IMG/VR virus record: IMGVR_UViG_3300035208_006812
Direction: 5' to 3' (one strand)
Source of the DNA: a virus
Length of the DNA stretch: 26,606 nt
Shown one piece after another: positions 23,570 to 26,606 of this stretch. How positions within the stretch are numbered: the first letter of the stretch is position 1; each line of letters begins with the position of its first letter. The position numbers and the translations under genes were made by a program. The notes under the pieces were generated by a model. The model did not search any database. It had not been told where the DNA came from and saw nothing but the letters and a program-made list of their open reading frames with translations.

Positions 23570-24697
23570 TTGGTGAGCTTGCCCGAACTACAAGACAGGG
23601 TTAACAATGGCTCTTTTATAAACCCGCGTGATCCTTCTTTACAAAATCGGGTTTATAAAAAGCATCGTGCCATATTGCAAACGCTTGACCGCATGACATA
23701 CGGCGTTAACTTTCCATCTGAACTATTCCAGAAATATGTTGATAGATGGGATAAAATACCGGTCCTTTACGGTCCACAACACCCAGACATAACCGAATTT
23801 ATAGAAAACCCAGAAGCAGAACTTAACAGAGTAGGAGCCAGGGTTGCAGGATACATAACTAACGTATCTGTAGACCAAAAGGGACATCCTCGTCTATACG
23901 CTGACGTGGTCTTAAATGATGAGTATGCAGAAGGGTTGATAACAGAAGGGCATTTAGGGCTCTCAACGGGCTTTAGATGCGCTGACGATGGGTATAGTCT
24001 GATAGGAGAAATCTATCCAAATCATGTCTTAGTATTTTATGAAGACATGGACAATTTGCCCGCCGATTTTGGAGCGGGTTTTTTGAATAAAAAGCCAATA
24101 ACTAAACCAGGTGAAAAGATGGCGACAAACACAACCCCAGGAGAGGGAAATGAACCAGGTAAGAACGTACAGGAACCAGCAAAGGCGGAGCCTGTGACAG
24201 AACCTATAAAGGTAAACCCAGAGGACAACCTCCCACCTTTAAGCACTTCAGGAGGAAACAAAGACTATCTGAACCTCAGAGAGCAGTATATAAGGGACAC
24301 TAATAAGCTGTCCTCGGTAAATGAAGCACTGGTAGCATCAAATAATGACCTCAAAGATAGACTACATGCATTTGAGGTCAGGGAAAGAAACCAGAAAATT
24401 GAAGGAGTAGTCGGAGCCATTCCGCGTGAAATGCTCAAGAGACTCGAGCCCGAGACAATCAGGGATAGGCTTAATAAGAATCCTCTGAGCGTCCTTGAGT
24501 CCATAGTAACGCTCTATAACGAGCAGATAAGCAGAATTACCCAGTCAAGCAGGCAGACAGAAGGAAACCAGTATCTAAACCAGGCTGTAACAGCTCGCCT
24601 GAATAACCAGCAGGCAGCCGGCGGGCGTGGAGGCTCTGACCTTTCCACAAATGGGCTATGCTCTAAAATCATAGTCGATGATACGGAGATTGATTAA
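23570..24697 (+). CDS. Prohead protease-scaffold fusion
   Basis: N-terminal IPVLY...HP and GLSTGF (S78/HK97 protease-like His and Ser), Pro/Glu-rich linker, coiled-coil C-terminus; upstream of decoration and capsid genes. Exact start uncertain. Confidence 0.75.
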   Translation: MVSLPELQDRVNNGSFINPRDPSLQNRVYKKHRAILQTLDRMTYGVNFPSELFQKYVDRWDKIPVLYGPQHPDITEFIENPEAELNRVGARVAGYITNVSVDQKGHPRLYADVVLNDEYAEGLITEGHLGLSTGFRCADDGYSLIGEIYPNHVLVFYEDMDNLPADFGAGFLNKKPITKPGEKMATNTTPGEGNEPGKNVQEPAKAEPVTEPIKVNPEDNLPPLSTSGGNKDYLNLREQYIRDTNKLSSVNEALVASNNDLKDRLHAFEVRERNQKIEGVVGAIPREMLKRLEPETIRDRLNKNPLSVLESIVTLYNEQISRITQSSRQTEGNQYLNQAVTARLNNQQAAGGRGGSDLSTNGLCSKIIVDDTEID

Positions 24698-24699
24698 AC

Positions 24700-25071
24700 A
24701 TGGCAGCAGGAGCAATAAAAGGACCGGAAGTAATCGTTATTAATGTTACTGCCGGAGCCACGGTTGCAGTAGGTGACGTGGTTCACCAGGAAACTGACGG
24801 TAAATACGATCCGGTAGTCGATGGGGACAAGGGCAAGTTTGGAGTAGCTCTCGACGCAGGAGGAGACGGCGACACTATCCGTATTGTTATATGGGGACGT
24901 GTGAGCGTTACAGCAACCGCCGCAACAATCCCAATAGGTTTGGTAATGGCAGGTGCAGGCGGGAAAGTTGCAACCTCTGACGCGGGAGCGTTTGGAGAGG
25001 TAGTTGGTACTGCTATGGAAGCTATCGGCTCCGGGGCAGTGGGCACAGTCTGGATAGGACTTGTTAACTAA
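24700..25071 (+). CDS. Capsid decoration/cement protein (DUF2190-like)
   Basis: Gly/Ala-rich 123 aa, VAVGDVV...FGVAL...GRVSVTA...VVGTAMEA; between scaffold and capsid. Confidence 0.85.
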   Translation: MAAGAIKGPEVIVINVTAGATVAVGDVVHQETDGKYDPVVDGDKGKFGVALDAGGDGDTIRIVIWGRVSVTATAATIPIGLVMAGAGGKVATSDAGAFGEVVGTAMEAIGSGAVGTVWIGLVN

Positions 25072-25090
25072 ATATATGGAGTTGTAATAA

Positions 25091-25933
25091 ATGGGTAATG
25101 GAATGACTACAGCCGGAGTTATTAGCGGATATTTAGACCGCGCGGATATACTCCGGGGTGTTCTTACAGAAGGCTTCGCACTTTCAAACGTGGTCAGTCT
25201 TCTTGATCAGGTGGACGTACCAAATCTTGACGGATCTATTCCGATCTACCACCCAGGCGGAGCAGATGAGGACCTCGACGAGTTGGAAACCTCCGATATC
25301 AACGGCGGATACTTTACCAATGTTGTTTTCAATCTGAAAAAGGACCGTGTCAAACTGGCTGCATCTGATGAGGCAAAATTCAGATCAAGGGGAGGCGACC
25401 CGCTCCAGATCCAGATCAGCGGAGCAGGCCAGGACCTTGCCGATAAGCTGGATAAGAAAACCATTGCAGCTTTCGACACAAGCCCACAGACCGGCTCAGC
25501 ATCGGCACCATGGAGTACCACGACCAATAGCATCTATTATGACTTGACAACCGCTATACAGGCTTGCAAGCCGTATAAAGCAAACTTTGTTGTTATGGCC
25601 GAAGATACCTTCTCTGCATACTGCCAGAATGAAACGCTCTTAAAGCTGAGCTATGGCACTCCGTCAGTACTTGCCGGAGCAGTTGGAAGAGTTCCAGGTC
25701 TCGGGCTGGATATCTTCACAGACTCCCGCGTTACTCCCGGGGCTGCCTTCGTTGGAGCTTCAAAGTACTGTGCCATTTTGGGCAAAGGTCCAGCAAAGAT
25801 AGGGACAACCGACGATAGGAACGCTGGTGCAGTGATCTACGTATCCGACGTATGGAGACAGGTTAAAGCACCGATTTACAAGAACGCGAACGGGCTTAAC
25901 AAAGCACTATATAAAATAACCGGTCTTGTGTAA
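25091..25933 (+). CDS. Major capsid protein, HK97 fold
   Basis: 280 aa; position; LKKDRVKLAASDE, GQDLADKLDKKTI, ANFVVMAEDTFSAY, GRVPGLGLDIFTDSRV, AFVG are HK97-type patterns. Confidence 0.85.
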   Translation: MGNGMTTAGVISGYLDRADILRGVLTEGFALSNVVSLLDQVDVPNLDGSIPIYHPGGADEDLDELETSDINGGYFTNVVFNLKKDRVKLAASDEAKFRSRGGDPLQIQISGAGQDLADKLDKKTIAAFDTSPQTGSASAPWSTTTNSIYYDLTTAIQACKPYKANFVVMAEDTFSAYCQNETLLKLSYGTPSVLAGAVGRVPGLGLDIFTDSRVTPGAAFVGASKYCAILGKGPAKIGTTDDRNAGAVIYVSDVWRQVKAPIYKNANGLNKALYKITGLV

Positions 25934-25942
25934 GGTGTGAGC

Positions 25943-26440
25943 ATGTCATTGTCTCTTGATATTCACTATTTGCAAGATGTTTCAAATGGGAACTATACCG
26001 TCGGGTCAGAGTCAACTGATACGTTGACCCTTGACAGGTTTAACAACCTAGTAAACAGTTTTGAACCTAAGTTAACATCTGACGGTTTAGCTCAGGCCGG
26101 GGTCTTTGTAAATAACGGTGAATGGGGGGCAGCTTATCTTATCGCTGATCTCTGCCTGCATAATGCCCTGATATCTGGCAATAGCGAAGTTAAAAAGGAA
26201 TCTTGGGGTAATGACTACTCGTATGAGTTGAGGGATAAAACCGTTTCAGAAGACTATTATAAACTAAAATATGAAGAATTGGTTGAATCCCTCAACCAGG
26301 ACGAATACGGGATAACCGAAGAAGTAACCGAAGGCGTAACCCGAGAGGATGCGGAGATCTGGTTTGCAGCAATGGACGGTAATCCACTTCCTAAAACCGA
26401 TGGGTCCGACGGAGAACTAATTATTAGACGGTGGTTATGA
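25943..26440 (+). CDS. Head-tail adaptor/connector protein
   Basis: Directly after the capsid gene; AAYLIADL...VKKESWGNDYSYEL resembles the adaptor V-x-S-E-S-x-G...S-Y pattern; RBS AGGTG favours the ATG at 25943. Confidence 0.7.
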   Translation: MSLSLDIHYLQDVSNGNYTVGSESTDTLTLDRFNNLVNSFEPKLTSDGLAQAGVFVNNGEWGAAYLIADLCLHNALISGNSEVKKESWGNDYSYELRDKTVSEDYYKLKYEELVESLNQDEYGITEEVTEGVTREDAEIWFAAMDGNPLPKTDGSDGELIIRRWL

Positions 26441-26606
26441 TGGTAATTGGTGTTATACCCTCTGGCAATTATGGCTATGCAGCATCTACAAAGACCTTCA
26501 CAATATCAGGGGCAGCCTTCCAGGGGCTAACAATTGAAAGCATTTTATTAATTTATAACCTGACCAAAAAGAGACCAGTGTACAACAGCAAAGACAAAAC
26601 GGTAAA
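26437..26606 (+). CDS. Virion structural protein, 3'-truncated
   Basis: ATGA overlap; MMVIGVIPSGNYGYAASTKTFTISGAAFQGLTIESILLIYNLTKKRPVYNSKDKTV runs off the window; resembles N-termini of phage fibre/structural proteins. Confidence 0.6.
   Translation, partial: MMVIGVIPSGNYGYAASTKTFTISGAAFQGLTIESILLIYNLTKKRPVYNSKDKTV

Noticed and set aside
1-26606. tRNA genes, diversity-generating retroelement, IS elements, att sites
   Set aside because: No cloverleaf or T-loop consensus, reverse-transcriptase motif, transposase or long near-identical repeat pair was recognised by eye; tRNAscan-SE and a self dot-plot would be needed to exclude them formally.

Overview
The window is most of the genome of a tailed (Caudoviricetes-type, HK97-fold) archaeal virus. 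The host is inferred to be Methanosarcina or a close Methanosarcinaceae relative, based on GGTGA/GGAGG ribosome-binding sites, TATA-box promoters, near-absence of TAG stops and a protein resembling Methanosarcina disaggregatase. Order: end of tail module (5'-truncated Dit-like protein with accessory domains, Tal/hub; 1-3566); four minus-strand hypotheticals (3741-5711); plus-strand accessory/regulatory genes including a beta-helix polysaccharide-degrading enzyme and several RHH/HTH regulators (5825-13133); a 0.9 kb non-coding region with hairpins, AT-rich repeats and palindromic sites (13134-14034); terS, terL, a small membrane protein, portal and MuF (14035-18701); an antisense cassette of 16 mostly small genes (18730-23433); then protease-scaffold, decoration protein, major capsid, adaptor and a 3'-truncated structural gene (23570-26606). 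No integrase, polymerase, helicase/primase, tRNA or CRISPR array was recognised. Best leads: (1) a signal-peptide-free disaggregatase-like enzyme coupled to a free-standing copy of a domain repeated in the tail protein, a candidate methanochondroitin-degrading lysis/escape system; (2) a portal with an N-terminal RHH domain, a hairpin over its start codon, and a divergent paralogous RHH protein whose C-terminal half resembles a fragment of the viral prohead protease; (3) two operator families and a cluster of putative small RNAs. All family assignments come from motif recognition by eye and recalled family knowledge; no searches were run.
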